64,000 bases of DNA from an uncultured Methanobacteriaceae archaeon (GCA_963785285.1 CAWAUS010000002.1:307847-371846), one strand, 5' to 3'; positions 32,602 to 44,944 are shown, numbered from the stretch's first letter. A program made the numbers and translations. The notes: a model not told the origin generated them from the sequence alone.

Positions 32602-34039
32602 ATGATAGGTCAACTAAGAAGAAAGGATTTTTTTGTAATAGCTGAACAGTTAGGCTTAATAATGATAGGTATTGGTGTAGTAACATTAATACCGGTAATA
32701 GTTGCCCTAATTTATAATGAAACAGATTATATTTCCTTCTTTTTCGCCTTCAGTATTTTCTATTATAATAGGATACGGTTTAAGAAGAATATTTGCAGGT
32801 AAAGGAGGGAATATAAAGCTTAAACATGGAATGATGATTGCTTCAATCGGATGGCTTTGGGCTGCGTTAATTGGAAGCCTTATTTTAATGCAAGCTACAA
32901 ATATTAGCTTTTTAAATGCGTATTTTGAAAGCATGTCTGCATGGACTGGAAGTGGACTTACAATTTTTACAAATGTTGAAATACTTCCCAAGTCTGTTCT
33001 CTTTTTAAGAAGTATTGAACAATGGATTGGGGGTCTTGGTGTTGTAATTGTGGTTATTGGAATACTTATAAGACCGGGAACAGCAGCAGCAAGATTATAC
33101 AAATCGGAAGCAAGGGAAGAGAAAATAAAACCAAGTATTCAGGGAACTGTAAAGACAATATGGTGGATATATCTTTTTTATACAGCTTTAGGGATTATAT
33201 TATATATTATTGCAGGAATGCCTATTTTCGATGCTGTTAATAATACGTTTACTAACTTATCAACAGGTGGAATGTCCATTAAGAATGATAACATAGGGGC
33301 ATATCACAGTGATTTAATTTATATAATAACAATTATTTTGATGTTTATTGGTGGTACGAGCTTCCTTATCCATTATAGGGCCCTTAAAGGTAAAGGTAAA
33401 GATGTATTTAAAGATATTCAATTTAGGGCAATGATAATTATAATTTCTTTATTTTCAATTCTTTTAGTTATAAATGCAAAATTTTCACCGATAGAAGCCA
33501 TTTTTAATGTGGTATCTGCAATTTCATGCACTGGTTCCAGTATTTCTCCTTTAAGTTCTATGATTGCATGGCCGGAATATGCTAAAATAGTACTTGCGGT
33601 TTGTATGATAATTGGGGGAGCTGCAGGTTCTACAGCGGGAGCATTAAAAATATGAGGGTTGTTACAGTTTTAAAAGGAATTTATTGGGAGCTTGTTAGAT
33701 TAATGGCTCCTGAAGGTTCTGTTTTACCAAGAAAAATATCAGGTAAAATCGTAACTGATGTAGAAATTAAAGAAGCAGGTTCCTATACATTTATTTATCT
33801 TCTTGTTTATTTTTATTAGTTGGCTTGTCTTTGTACAGTATGGATATGATGCTTTAAACTCTCTTTATGAAATTTGTTCAGCTCAAGGTAATGTTGGACT
33901 TTCTATGGGTATTACATCTCCCACAATGCCTCAGATCCCTCAGGCTTTCTTGATATTTAGTATGTGGATTGGAAGACTCGAAATTATTCCAGTACTTGTT
34001 TTATTAAGAGCATCATTAGGTGTGTTTAAAAGATTTTAA
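32602..34039 (+). pseudogene. trkH: TrkH/KtrB-family K+ uptake membrane subunit, split over four frames by three frameshifts
   Basis: Pieces at 32602..32802, 32717..33655, 33601..33819 and 33803..34039 together give an ~480-aa TrkH. It carries the 'GGxxGSTAGALK' and 'LSMGITS' pore-loop motifs. Breakpoints are at T5, A5 and T5 runs. Confidence 0.75.
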
Positions 34040-34166
34040 TTTTTAAGACATGTATTTATAGTATGATGAGAAATAATTCAAAGTCGGATATAAAAAGAAA
34101 AATTGAATTAATAATAAGCATATAATTATTAATAATTTATTAGATTATATTTCTAAAGGTGAATCC

Positions 34167-34817
34167 ATGTATATAGTTATAATGGGCGGAGGAAGGGTCG
34201 GTTTACATCTTGCAGCGTCCCTAGTGGCCAGAGGGCATGATGTAACTCTTATTGAAAACGATGAGCACTTATGTGGCAACGCTGCAGCAGAATTAGATGC
34301 ACTGGTTATCTGTGGTAATGGTACGGATACAAAAACACTTGAAGAGGCCAATGTTGGAGAAGCAGATGTTTTTGTAGCAGCTACAGGAAATGATGAAGCT
34401 AATCTCTTATCATGTATTCTCGTTAAACAATATAATATTAATAAAGTTATTGCAAGGCTCAGCAACCCTGATCATGAGGAAGCATTTAAAAAAGTCGGTA
34501 TTGACGATGTTATAAGTCCAGAGCTTACAGCAGCAGGTTATCTTGAAAAATTAATAACAAGGCCTAAAGTTGCAGACCTTATTGTCATTGGAAAAGGAGA
34601 TGCAGAAATACTGGACATGACCGTGAAAAATAAGAGGGTTATCGGTAAAAGAGTAGGTGATTTAAGTCCTACAAACGATTCTATAATAGTTGCAATATAC
34701 AAAAACGGTGAATTAACTATTCCTAAAGAAGATATGGTTTTAAATGAAGGAGATAAAATATCAATTCTCGTTAAAACACATGCTGTGAAGGATATAGTTA
34801 AAATGTGCACAAAATAA
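34167..34817 (+). CDS. trkA: TrkA/KtrA K+ uptake NAD-binding subunit
   Basis: '[32 protein letters not shown]' plus a TrkA-C domain. Confidence 0.85.
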   Translation: MYIVIMGGGRVGLHLAASLVARGHDVTLIENDEHLCGNAAAELDALVICGNGTDTKTLEEANVGEADVFVAATGNDEANLLSCILVKQYNINKVIARLSNPDHEEAFKKVGIDDVISPELTAAGYLEKLITRPKVADLIVIGKGDAEILDMTVKNKRVIGKRVGDLSPTNDSIIVAIYKNGELTIPKEDMVLNEGDKISILVKTHAVKDIVKMCTK

Positions 34818-34850
34818 ATTTTAGTACTATTTTTTAAGTGAGATCATATA

Positions 34851-35798
34851 ATGGATTTTTTCACACATTTCCTGGTTCCTTTTATTATTTTATTTGCGCT
34901 AAAAAGTAAAAATAAGTTGGAAGGGGCTTTTGGCGGTATTTCAATTGATTTTGACACTATATTTGTTACATGGGTTGGATTTTTAGTTCCATATCTTTTT
35001 GTTTTTTCCCATAGGGGAATTACACATTCATTTATTTTTGCAGCGATTACTTCGACAATTTTTTTATACATTATATCCAGAAAGCAGATAATTGGATTTA
35101 TAGGGAAAATAATTCGTCGCGATATTTCAGTTGAATTTACCTTAAAGACGGTTGGAATAGCTTATTTTGGTGTACTTATTCACTTATTCCTTGATTTTCT
35201 AACTTCAAGAGGGATACCTCTTCTTTATCCCTTTACACTTCAAAGATTTAGTGCAGAAATCTATTATTATATAGATGTAACCACAGCAGTTATAGCACTC
35301 ATTGTTTTATTCGTTCTTTACTTGAAATTGGATATGAAATATAAAAAAGCAGCAATGGCAATATTTATGATTATTCTTATTTCATTTGGAGGAATTAGAG
35401 CTTATGAAAAGATAAATGCGGTTAATGATAATCCAGTTACAGGAAATTTCACATCAATAACTGCATATCCTACAAATGACATTTTCACATGGACAATCGT
35501 TGAAAGCGATAGTACAAACAGCACTTACTATTCATTCAAATATAATACATTAAACAAAGAAAAATCAGATTCTAAAACAGTTCAAAACCTTACAGTGAGG
35601 GGAGGCAGCATACAATCTGCTCAAGAAGCTATTGATAATGCAGATAAGCTTCCTGAAGTTCAAAATTTCAAATGGGATGCATATTATTCATGTATTAATG
35701 CTAGCTATAATGGAAAGGCATGGGAATTAACATACTTCGATATTATTGACACAGGATATCACAATAACAACATAAAGGTAGTTATTACAAGAAATTAA
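34851..35798 (+). CDS. membrane-bound metal-dependent hydrolase (DUF457) with extracytoplasmic C-terminal domain
   Basis: 'HRGITHSFIFAAI...LIHLFLDFLTSRGIPLLYPF' motifs. Paralogous to 16398..17075. Confidence 0.6.
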   Translation: MDFFTHFLVPFIILFALKSKNKLEGAFGGISIDFDTIFVTWVGFLVPYLFVFSHRGITHSFIFAAITSTIFLYIISRKQIIGFIGKIIRRDISVEFTLKTVGIAYFGVLIHLFLDFLTSRGIPLLYPFTLQRFSAEIYYYIDVTTAVIALIVLFVLYLKLDMKYKKAAMAIFMIILISFGGIRAYEKINAVNDNPVTGNFTSITAYPTNDIFTWTIVESDSTNSTYYSFKYNTLNKEKSDSKTVQNLTVRGGSIQSAQEAIDNADKLPEVQNFKWDAYYSCINASYNGKAWELTYFDIIDTGYHNNNIKVVITRN

Positions 35799-35849
35799 AC
35801 CATTATCTTTTTTGATAAATAATATCTTAAAACAAATATTTAAAAATAA

Positions 35850-36470
35850 TTAGAAACTTTTTATAATTTTATTAGATAGGCTAATGTGCTCTGAACCATT
35901 ATGGACTGCAGGACCATGTCCTGGGAGAAGAGATTCAACATCAAGTTCAGATAACTTTTCTATTGAAGCTTTTAGCATGCTTATGTCTCCACCAATATCA
36001 AATCTTCCAAATCCTCCATCAGCAAAGACTGTATCGCCGGATATCAATGTTTCTCCATCATAAAGACATATTCCGCCAATAGTATGTCCGGGTGTGTGAA
36101 TAACTTCAAAATCATTGATTTTATCACCTTCTTTAAGATGGAAATCAACTTTCGCTGGTTCAAGAAGCTTTCCGAACATGTAAGCGGCAGTCGCGTTAAT
36201 ATCTCCATTTTCAAGTGCCGGAGCATCTTTTTCATGAATGGCAATTTTAGCATTGAAAAAATGGTTTCCGCCAGTATGGTCAAAATGACAATGAGTATTT
36301 ACAATCCGTTTAATATCTTCGGCGATATTAAAACCAGCGTTTTTAATAGAATTAAGTACGTATTCAAAGTTTTCTCCAGTGCCAGTGTCAACTATCACGT
36401 CGTCAAATAGATAAATATTTGAATCAAACCCAATACCTTCAATCATTGTGATATCATTAAATTTTTTCAT
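35850..36470 (-). CDS. MBL-fold metallo-hydrolase
   Basis: 'HCHFDHTGG...HTPGHTIGG...GDTVF' beta-lactamase-fold motifs. Confidence 0.85.
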   Translation of the reverse strand: MKKFNDITMIEGIGFDSNIYLFDDVIVDTGTGENFEYVLNSIKNAGFNIAEDIKRIVNTHCHFDHTGGNHFFNAKIAIHEKDAPALENGDINATAAYMFGKLLEPAKVDFHLKEGDKINDFEVIHTPGHTIGGICLYDGETLISGDTVFADGGFGRFDIGGDISMLKASIEKLSELDVESLLPGHGPAVHNGSEHISLSNKIIKSF

Positions 36471-36569
36471 TTAATCACGCTTATTTATTAACTTAATTAA
36501 ATTTAGGATCTTAATAAGTTATATTTAACGAGTTTCAATAATGTTAAAAATATTTAATAGGTTAAAAAA

Positions 36570-36718
<149 letters not shown>

Positions 36719-36730
36719 TAATGAACAGTT

Positions 36731-36817
<87 letters not shown>

Positions 36818-36842
36818 ATACCATAGCGCATTAGTTAGATTA

Positions 36843-36856
36843 TGTGCTTTTGATAT
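36843..36856 (-). promoter_or_regulatory. candidate TATA box for the tRNA-Cys/tRNA-Trp transcript
   Basis: 'TTTAAATATC' on the minus strand, about 28-37 nt upstream of the tRNA-Cys 5' end. Confidence 0.3.
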
Positions 36857-37216
36857 TTAAACCTTACGGGTATATTTATTTCAAAACAACTATCTTGCAT
36901 AAAGTAGCCTGAGCCAGATAAGGTTCCAAAATAGACCCTGTAAATTTAATTTCAATATTCTGTCCTATTTTAAGTTCATTAAATTTTATTTAATGGACTT
37001 CATTGTTTTTGCCGTTCAAATAACAGTTTTTTATTGATCTTATATCTTTTAGAAAATAATTACTTTATTTTAAGCTGGTTTATGTCAGTATACCGGGAGA
37101 ATCAGTTATATCAGATATTTTAAATTTATATCTTTATGGAGGCGACAAATAACGATTCTCGTATCTTAAAAGTTAGTTCCCACCCGCCCATAGACATAGT
37201 CCAAATATTAATTTTT

Positions 37217-37765
37217 TTACTGGATTTCAACATTGAAACTTTCTGTTTTATCTACTTTGGGAACTTCAACTGTTAAAACACCCTTTTTAAATGTAGCCTC
37301 AGCTTCTTTTGGCATCACTTTTTTGGGGAAATTCACTGATCTTTTGAAAACTCCTGTTTTCATATCATTCATAGATATGCCGTTTCCATATCCGATTTCT
37401 TGTGTTATATCAAAATTAGCTTTAACTTTAAGTTTTGTTTCGCTAATTTTTAATTGAATATCCTCTTTTTGAACACCTGGAAGCTCTAAATAAACTATTA
37501 TGTCATCATCAGTTTCAATGACATGTTTTTCAGGTGCAGAGGTATAATCAATAACTGATTTTTCGATATTGTGCTTTACATAATCTGCTGTTTTTGTTAT
37601 ATCTTTTAGAAGCTTTTCAATTAGTCCTTCATCATCTAAAATAGTTTTGCTCCTATGGGGTTTACTACCATTTGATATGGTCCCTATAACATCATCCAAG
37701 ATTTCTAAACCTGTTTCTATTACGGATTTAAATGAATTTTTAGCTGTATGTTTTGAATATGACAT
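37217..37765 (-). CDS. Hsp20/alpha-crystallin small heat-shock protein
   Basis: 'IIVYLELPGVQKEDIQLKI...[10 protein letters not shown]' alpha-crystallin domain. Confidence 0.85.
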   Translation of the reverse strand: MSYSKHTAKNSFKSVIETGLEILDDVIGTISNGSKPHRSKTILDDEGLIEKLLKDITKTADYVKHNIEKSVIDYTSAPEKHVIETDDDIIVYLELPGVQKEDIQLKISETKLKVKANFDITQEIGYGNGISMNDMKTGVFKRSVNFPKKVMPKEAEATFKKGVLTVEVPKVDKTESFNVEIQ

Positions 37766-37913
37766 TTTATTATCTCCCTTTCTTAGAATTTTATTTTAAT
37801 ACATCTTTCGATGGATTTTTATAAAACACGTTATTTACCGTTTAGGCCATAAATAAATCTCATTCTAACTTTATTCGAATTAAAATATGCCTAAAAAACG
37901 AGATATTGTTTTT

Positions 37914-38369
37914 TTATTTGATTTCTAAAGTGAAACTTTCTGTTTTTTCCACTTTTGGAACTTCAACTGTTAAAATGCCGTTTTCAAATTTAGCTTCAGC
38001 TTCTTTTGGCACTACTTTCTTGGGGAACCTTACAGATCTTCTCATAACACCTGATTTTCTATCATGAAATGTTATGCAGCTTCCTTGCTCAATTTCTTGT
38101 GTTATATCAAAATTAGCTATAATTTTAAGGTTTGATTCAGTAAGTTTTAGTTGGATATCTTCTTTTTTGATGCCTGACAAGTCTACACGTACTATTATGT
38201 CTTCATCTGTTTCAATGATATCTTTTCCAGGTAAAAATGTGTAGTCAATAATTGATTTTTCGATATCGTATTTGATGCCGTCAATTGTTTTTGCTGTTTC
38301 TTCCAGCATCTTTTCAACTAAACCTTTTCTATCTAAAATAGTTTTTTTTCTATCATTTCTTTTATTCAT
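37914..38369 (-). CDS. Hsp20/alpha-crystallin small heat-shock protein (tandem paralog)
   Basis: '[19 protein letters not shown]...[10 protein letters not shown]'. The N-terminal region is also similar to that of the upstream copy. Confidence 0.85.
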   Translation of the reverse strand: MNKRNDRKKTILDRKGLVEKMLEETAKTIDGIKYDIEKSIIDYTFLPGKDIIETDEDIIVRVDLSGIKKEDIQLKLTESNLKIIANFDITQEIEQGSCITFHDRKSGVMRRSVRFPKKVVPKEAEAKFENGILTVEVPKVEKTESFTLEIK

Positions 38370-38657
38370 TTTTTTCAGCCTCGTAACTTGAGTCGTCCTA
38401 ATATTCTTAAAAACAGATATATAAACTTTTCTATAAAATATGCAGATGTTTCTAGTCTTAAATAAAACTTAGATTTCATAAACTGGGCTAAAATAAATTG
38501 AATTTGAATAATTCAGTAAAATAAATAATTTATTGGTTTAGAGCTTGAATATGTATGTGTTTAGTATATGGTGATTTAAATTGTTTTTATTTCTTTATTA
38601 CATATTTCTCTATAAGATATAACGTCCCCTACAGTTTCATTAAAATGCATCTACTTT

Positions 38658-39312
38658 TTAATCTAGAAATATATCTTTAATATTAAGCCGTTTTCTTGGA
38701 GATGGATCTTCATCAGTATATCCAATTGGCAATAAAGCTACAGGATAAATATTTTCATCCCAGCCGAAAATATCTCTAACTTGGTTTTCATCTAATGCTC
38801 TAATCCAGCAAGTTCCCAAATCAAAATCAAGTGCCCTTAGAACTATATGTTCAACTGCAATTGTTACATTAGCTGCTATTCGAGGACTGATTTCTGTTAT
38901 ACTCATTTTTTTCATTTCATTTACACTTTCACAGATTATATTTACAATTATGTCCTCAACTGCACCTATTTTACCTAGATCCTGAATTCCAGATACTGAG
39001 CCATCAATATAACTTGAAACATCAGCACCGCAGACTATTATAACTGGGGCTTTGGCAATAAATGACTGTTTATGTGCCGCTTCTGCTAGTTTAAATTTAG
39101 TTTCTTTATCTTTAACAATTTTAAACTGCCATGGCTGTGCATTGCAACCAGAGGGTGCAAGTCGTGCAGCATCTATTAACTCTATTATATGCTCATCTGG
39201 AATTTCTTTATCCTTAAATCTTCTTATGCTGCGTTTTTTATCGATTAACGTAGGAATAAATGCTTCCTGGCCGCAAATCGAAAGATTTGCAGGCTTCTTT
39301 AGTTGTTAACAT
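38658..39312 (-). CDS. nitroreductase-family protein, N-terminal frameshift near 39240-39300
   Basis: A continuous frame 'IDKKRSIRRFKDKEIPDEHIIELIDAARLAPSGCNAQPWQFKIVKDKE...LGTCWIRAL' (about 200 aa) has no in-frame start. The ATG at 39310 (MLTTKEACKSFDL) is in another frame. Confidence 0.7.
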
Positions 39313-39389
39313 TTTCTATCCTTCCATTTGGATATATTGTTATAGCTATATTTGCTGCAAAAATATTTAAATTAATTTAATTAATTTAA

Positions 39390-40844
39390 ATGATTAATCA
39401 TTATAGAATATCTTTATATGGTATTAGACAATTAGGTTATCTGCTTATAAATTTAGGAGGCTTTAAAACGAGGTTAAATTTAAAAACTATAGGAATGCCT
39501 TTGGCTATAATTGCTTTTGTAGTGATTATGCTGATTCCTATGAATGGTTTAAGCTATCCTGGTCATGCAGCAATCGCATTACTCGTATTTGCCATTATTA
39601 TGTGGGCGACAGAGGCTCAACATTTAGCCGTTACTTCTTTAATTATACTATTTTTACAGCCTATTATTGGCGTTGCAAGTTTTGATGATGCTGTAATTGG
39701 TTTTGCAAACCCTATCATATTTCTTATGATTGGAGGATTCATTATTGCTGAAGCTATCCGAAAAAGCGGATTAGCACAACGTTTAACCTACGTAATGCTT
39801 AACAAGGTAGGTACCAGTCCTGAAATGAGCATATTTGTAGCTGTATTTTCAACAGGGCTTCTTTCAGCTTGGATTGAAAACGTTGTAGCATTTGCAATGC
39901 TCCTTCCAATAATTAAGGAGATTATACCTTTAATGGGTGTAAATGATGCTGAAAAGGGTAACAGTAATTTTGCTAAAGCCATGGTTTTAGGTGCTTCTTA
40001 CGGTTCTCTGGCTGGTGGATTCGGAACAGAGATAGGAACCGCTCCAAACTTGATGGCGGCTGCATACACTGGAATTCCATTTGCAAACTGGATGGTCTTC
40101 GGATTTCCGCTTGCAATAATTTTAATGCTTGTAATCTGGAAGTATTTAGGTTGGGTTTTCAAACCAGAAGTAGATGGAATTATAGGCGGAAAAGAAACCA
40201 TAACCAGTAAAATAGAAACATTAGGCTCAATATCTAGGACAGAAAAAATAACCCTAGCAATACTATTATTCACTATTGGATTATGGGTAACAGCTAGTTT
40301 CACAGGTTTAAACAGTTATTCAGTGGCTTTAATAGGTGCAGTACTATTCTTCATATTTAAAATAGTTGATTGGAGAGACGCTCAAACTAATGTGGATTGG
40401 GGTTTAATAATCTTCTTCGGAGGAGCCCTAAGTTTAGGGGCAGCATTACTCAATACAGGGGCAGCAGCATGGCTTATTAATGATTTATTAAGCATGCTTG
40501 GAAGCGACCCATCAATACTACTCATAACAATAGTGCTAATGATAATTGCTGTTTCAATAACACAAGTAATGTCTAATATTGCATTAGCAGCAATATTAGT
40601 GCCATTATCAGTCACTCTCGCCGCAGCACAAGGACAACCAGTAGGAACATACGCAGTACCAGTAGCAATCGCTTGCAGCCTATCATACATGCTACCAATG
40701 GCCGACCCCACCGTCGCCATGGCTTATGGATCAGGATACGTAAAAATCAAAGAAATACTAAAAGCAGGAGTACCATTAATAATAATAGGAATCATTTTGG
40801 CAATAATAGTCTTATTTACCATTGGAAAACCATTCTTAGGATAA
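39390..40844 (+). CDS. SLC13/DASS-family (ArsB/NhaD superfamily) anion permease
   Basis: 484 aa, about 12 TM segments plus re-entrant hairpin-like segments. The true start is likely the internal '[10 protein letters not shown]' at about 39495. Confidence 0.65.
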   Translation: MINHYRISLYGIRQLGYLLINLGGFKTRLNLKTIGMPLAIIAFVVIMLIPMNGLSYPGHAAIALLVFAIIMWATEAQHLAVTSLIILFLQPIIGVASFDDAVIGFANPIIFLMIGGFIIAEAIRKSGLAQRLTYVMLNKVGTSPEMSIFVAVFSTGLLSAWIENVVAFAMLLPIIKEIIPLMGVNDAEKGNSNFAKAMVLGASYGSLAGGFGTEIGTAPNLMAAAYTGIPFANWMVFGFPLAIILMLVIWKYLGWVFKPEVDGIIGGKETITSKIETLGSISRTEKITLAILLFTIGLWVTASFTGLNSYSVALIGAVLFFIFKIVDWRDAQTNVDWGLIIFFGGALSLGAALLNTGAAAWLINDLLSMLGSDPSILLITIVLMIIAVSITQVMSNIALAAILVPLSVTLAAAQGQPVGTYAVPVAIACSLSYMLPMADPTVAMAYGSGYVKIKEILKAGVPLIIIGIILAIIVLFTIGKPFLG

Positions 40845-40891
40845 TTGCAGATTAAACTTCTGCAATACTTAAAAATTATGGATTTTTGGTA

Positions 40892-40930
40892 CCCAAACAC
40901 ATTTGTGTTTGAGGGTTTTATTTATTTTTT
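40892..40930 (+). terminator. hairpin CCCAAACACA-TTTGTGTTTGaGGG followed by a T-rich tract, 3' of the permease gene
   Basis: An inverted repeat with a 9-10 bp stem, then TTTTATTTATTTTTT. Near-identical to the motif at 8014-8037. Confidence 0.55.
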
Positions 40931-40974
40931 AAAAATCTCTAAAAGATTTAATTTAAATATGGAGGTTAAAAAAT

Positions 40975-41421
40975 ATGTATAAAAAGATATTGTTACCAAT
41001 AGACAGTTCAGAACAGTCAGAAAAGGCTGGAGAATATGCTATTTCTTCTGCAGACTTAAATGGTGCAAAAATAATTGTTTTACATGTAATAGATATGTCT
41101 TACTTGAATTCTTTACCACAGCAAGATTTAAGAGAAAAGTTAGATAAACAATTGAGAAAAGAAGGAAAAGAGGCTATTGAAAAATTTAAAAGATTAATAG
41201 AAGATGAAAAATGTGCAGGTAACTGTAAAAACATTAAACTATTAACTCTGATAAAGAAAGGTAAACCTGAAGATGTTATACTTAAAACAGCTGATGAATT
41301 AGGTGTTGATCATATTGTAATGGGAAAATCAGGTAAACACAATCTTGAAAAATTCATAATTGGTAGCACAACTGAAAGAGTAGTTAGAGGGGCTAAAGTA
41401 CCAGTTAATGTTATTTCTTAA
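40975..41421 (+). CDS. universal stress protein (UspA family)
   Basis: 'MYKKILLPIDSSEQSEKAGEYAI...VLHV...HIVMGKSGKH...GSTTERVV' Usp motifs. RBS GGAGGT. Confidence 0.85.
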   Translation: MYKKILLPIDSSEQSEKAGEYAISSADLNGAKIIVLHVIDMSYLNSLPQQDLREKLDKQLRKEGKEAIEKFKRLIEDEKCAGNCKNIKLLTLIKKGKPEDVILKTADELGVDHIVMGKSGKHNLEKFIIGSTTERVVRGAKVPVNVIS

Positions 41422-41470
41422 TATTTAACCTAATGATTATTTTTCTAATTTTTGATTCTTTATAATCTTT

Positions 41471-42960
41471 TTACCTATAATGGTCGCGTACTTGTCGTAA
41501 TTCTTCTTCAAGCTTTTTGTGCTCAGTAATATCTCTCCAAAATACTGAAATACCCTCATCTGATGGATAAACACTAAAATCATACCAATAATTGGGCATA
41601 TGTATGCTGGGAGCTTCAAAGTGTTGTATCTCCTTATTTTCCATTGCCTTACGAAATGCTATTTCATAAATAGTTCCTGTAAGTTCGGGGAATCTTTCCC
41701 ATAAACTCCTTCCTATGATATCTCGGGATCAACGCCAAAGTATTCTCCAGCACACTGATTTACATAAATAAAATGCCAATGAGGACTTAGGGCAATGAAA
41801 TTATCTTGGATACTATCTAAAATCTCCATTATTTGGCGTTTGCTTCGAGTAAGTTCATCCTCAGCTATTTTACGTTCAGTATCATCAAAAACATAACCTT
41901 TGACTTGAATTAATTGAGAATCATCATTAAAGATACCAACGACATTAGCAACAACGTGAATCCTTCTACCGTCAGACCTCCTTTGCCAGCTTTGAAAACC
42001 TAGAATCTTACGTTCATTTTTTAGGCGAGTAACCATATAGGGCCAATCAAAGGGATTAGATTGTGAAATATTCCATTGGGTTGCCATTTTATAATCATTA
42101 AAGCCATAAATTTCTGCAAATGCAGGGTTACATTCAAGAATTTCCCCCTCAACTGTTGCAATAAAGTCACCAGTCAAATCATCCTCAAAAAGACGATGAT
42201 ATTTCTCTTCTGATATCTTTAAATCTTCCTCTGCCTTTTTACGTTCAGTATCATCAAAAACATAACCTTTGACTTGAATTAATTCTGTATTATCATTGAA
42301 GATACCAATGACATTAGCTACAACATGAATTTCTACACCATCGGGGCGCTTATGCCAACTTTGATAGCCATGGATCTTATGTTCATTCTTCAACCGACCA
42401 ATAAGTTTAATCCAGTCAGTATGATTAAATTTTGAAAAGTCTGAGTTAATAGCTTTTTCGCGGTTGTTAAATCCGTATATTTCCATAAATGAGGGATTGC
42501 ACTCGATTATTTTACCTTCTGGTGTTGCAATAAAGTCACCGGTCAAATCATCCTCAAACCACCGACGGTATTTTTCTTCACTTTCTTTAACTGATTTTTT
42601 AGCTTTCTTGGGCTCGCTAATATCCTTAATCTGTACTAAAAATCCAGAATCAACAACAGAAACAGTCCAATCAATAAAAGTTTTCCCTGCATTTTCTTGA
42701 TTACAAAAATCACTATTTTTAATGTTTTCAAAATTTAATGTAGATTGAAATTTAACCATCCCTTCTTCAACTAATTTTTCTTTTTTTGGAGCAAAGTTTG
42801 GATTGTTAAATAAATTAAGGCCTATAATATTTTCTAATTTAGGCATTCCAGATATTTGTAAAGCAGATTCATTAGCATAGATTAATTTACCTTTTTTATC
42901 ATGAAAAAAGATTCCTATGGGGGATTTATCGAATATTTCCCCCAGGTTATAATTCTTTTT
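41471..42960 (-). CDS. multi-PAS-domain signalling protein, C-terminal frameshift near 41690-41715, N-terminal start uncertain
   Basis: Two near-identical PAS repeats '[38 protein letters not shown]'. A third PAS C-terminus '[17 protein letters not shown]...[25 protein letters not shown]' lies in a different frame after '...GVDPEIS*'. An upstream in-frame PAS start '[26 protein letters not shown]' lacks an ATG. Confidence 0.7.
41860..42370 (-). repeat. intragenic tandem duplication (two ~370-nt PAS-encoding units of high DNA identity)
   Basis: Stretches around 41864-41990 and 42236-42360 are near-identical, e.g. 'acataacctttgacttgaattaatt...' in both. Confidence 0.6.
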
Positions 42961-43177
42961 TATTTTTATTCCTCCTCAAATTCAGAATATATTAAATTAT
43001 AATGTTTTTATGATTAATAAATTGCAATTTGAATTTATAAATTAAATGTATATACTAAAGAAAGTCGATAAAATAAGAAAATATAGAGATATGTAGTATA
43101 TAAATCCCTATCTGAAAAAGAATATGGGGTCTAAATGTAATTACTTGAGATTTTGTTCATAAAAAGCTTTCATAATA

Positions 43178-44005
43178 CTAATTTGCTTTATATTGCTCAT
43201 TTAATTCTTTTTTTATTAGCTCACGCTTTTTTAAAGTGGTTTTAAAAAGTTCATCAAAAAGATGAGGTAAATCTTTATCCAAAACTTTAATACCTTCTTC
43301 TGTAATGCCGCCTTTTGTAGCTACTCGTGTAATCAGTTCTTCAAAACTCATATTTTTATCATGAAGCAGTTTTGCAGTGCCATAAAATGTTTTTATAGCC
43401 ATGTCTTCAGCTTCTTTTTGACTGATACTGCTGTTTTTTGCACCTTTTTTAGCAAATTCCATAAAAATTTTAGCGATGAATGCAGGGGCGCAACTTGTTA
43501 AATCTGATCCAACTTGAAAATTTTCTTCTTCAATAATTTTTACGGTGCTAATTGAATTAAAGAGATTGTTTACAAATTCAGCTTCCTTTTTAGTCACCTT
43601 TTCATTGTGACAGATTAGAGAAACTCCTTCCCTAACTTCGGAAGTTAAACTTGGAATTACTTTGGTAATTTTCCCTTTAAAAACACTTTCTACATTTTCT
43701 ATAGTTAAAGCTGCTGCGATGTAGATAATATGGGATTTATCTGAAATATTTGCCATTATATCTTCAATTACTTCTTTAACTGCATTGGTCCCTACAAATA
43801 GAAATATTTTTTCACATTTACTTGATAAATATGGATTATTTTCTGCTATTTCAATTTGAGGATATTCTTTTTTGAGGGAATCTAATTTGCTCTTTGTTCT
43901 ATTTGAAATAAGTATTTGGTCTGGGTTTAAAGCATTTGTTGATAATAAACCGTTTATTATCATGTTTCCCATGCTCCCATAGCCTATAAATCCAATTTTT
44001 GCCAT
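43178..44005 (-). CDS. proC: pyrroline-5-carboxylate reductase
   Basis: 'MAKIGFIGYGSMGNMIINGL' NADP-binding motif. 275 aa with a ProC-like C-terminal dimerisation domain. Confidence 0.7.
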   Translation of the reverse strand: MAKIGFIGYGSMGNMIINGLLSTNALNPDQILISNRTKSKLDSLKKEYPQIEIAENNPYLSSKCEKIFLFVGTNAVKEVIEDIMANISDKSHIIYIAAALTIENVESVFKGKITKVIPSLTSEVREGVSLICHNEKVTKKEAEFVNNLFNSISTVKIIEEENFQVGSDLTSCAPAFIAKIFMEFAKKGAKNSSISQKEAEDMAIKTFYGTAKLLHDKNMSFEELITRVATKGGITEEGIKVLDKDLPHLFDELFKTTLKKRELIKKELNEQYKAN

Positions 44006-44109
44006 AATTTCACTTTTTATTAATTTTTTCTAAATATAATTTAAGTTTTCAGTTAATTTTTCAATTTTAAATGTTTTATAGCCTCTTTTTTCATAAATAT
44101 AAATGTTTT

Positions 44110-44200
44110 TTTGACGCAGCAAAACTGAAAGTTTGCAAATCTTTGATTTGCAACATCGAAATCGAAGATTTCGAAAGTTTTGCATGCTTTGATTTTTAAA
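44110..44200. promoter_or_regulatory. cluster of three perfect palindromes upstream of proC
   Basis: GCAAAACTGAAAGTTTGC has an exact 7-bp inverted repeat, GCAAAAC / GTTTTGC, around a central TGAA. TTGCAAATC-tttg-ATTTGCAA and TCGAAATC-gaa-GATTTCGA are inverted repeats, all within about 90 nt. Confidence 0.45.
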
Positions 44201-44387
44201 GTGAAAGTATTTCCTTTAAATCATAAACTTTAGCTCTTTTAACAATCATTTTAATCATTCAGATCTGAGTTTTAAGAATATTTTTCTTTTTTAATACAAT
44301 ATCTTATTAAATAAAAAATTTTTGGTCTTTATTATTTAAGAAAATTTATATAGAATTTATTATATACACATTTAATGGTGATAAATC

Positions 44388-44646
44388 ATGGTATTGGTTT
44401 TAGATCCTGTAATCTATTGTAAATCTATTTTTTTGTATAATAATAGTAGTTCTTGGCTATTTAGGATACAAAAAGACGGATAGTGCATTACCTCTTTACA
44501 TAGGTGTGGCATTTGGACTTTTTGGTATCTCACATCTTGCAGTAATTCTGGGATATGCAAGTTCTGAAGCGGGTTTAGTAATAATTAGAGGTTTTGCTTA
44601 TATAATAGTTATATTCACATTGTATATGGTAGCGTTCAAGCGATGA
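44388..44646 (+). CDS. possible small membrane protein interrupted at a T7 homopolymer (44428-44434)
   Basis: An ATG frame gives 'MVLVLDPVIYCKSIF...'. A second, hydrophobic frame '...CIIIVVLGYLGYKKTDSALPLYIGVAFGLFGISHLAVILGYASSEAGLVIIRGFAYIIVIFTLYMVAFKR*' has no start codon. Confidence 0.25.
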
Positions 44647-44944
44647 TAATTATTAAGTAATTTTATCAGTTGAATTGTAAATATAATTAATAATACAGTT
44701 TATTTGCTATTTAATTTGTCTTAAATCTATTTTTTATAGTCATTTTTTTAACATAAAATACATTTTATATGGGGGTTTTAAGCTAATTGAAATGATATTT
44801 TAGCTTTGTATGCACAATGTGGATATATCATTTCATATTTATGTTAATGCTTACTAAATAATTAAATTATTATAGATAGTGGATCATAATATAATACTAT
44901 AAAGTATTCTAATAATCTTGATGTAATTAATGGAGTTATTGCAT

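Noticed and set aside
41437-41619. 60-aa minus ORF downstream of the PAS gene
   Set aside because: Out of frame with the PAS C-terminal domain ([22 protein letters not shown]), which is encoded in a different frame of the same interval.
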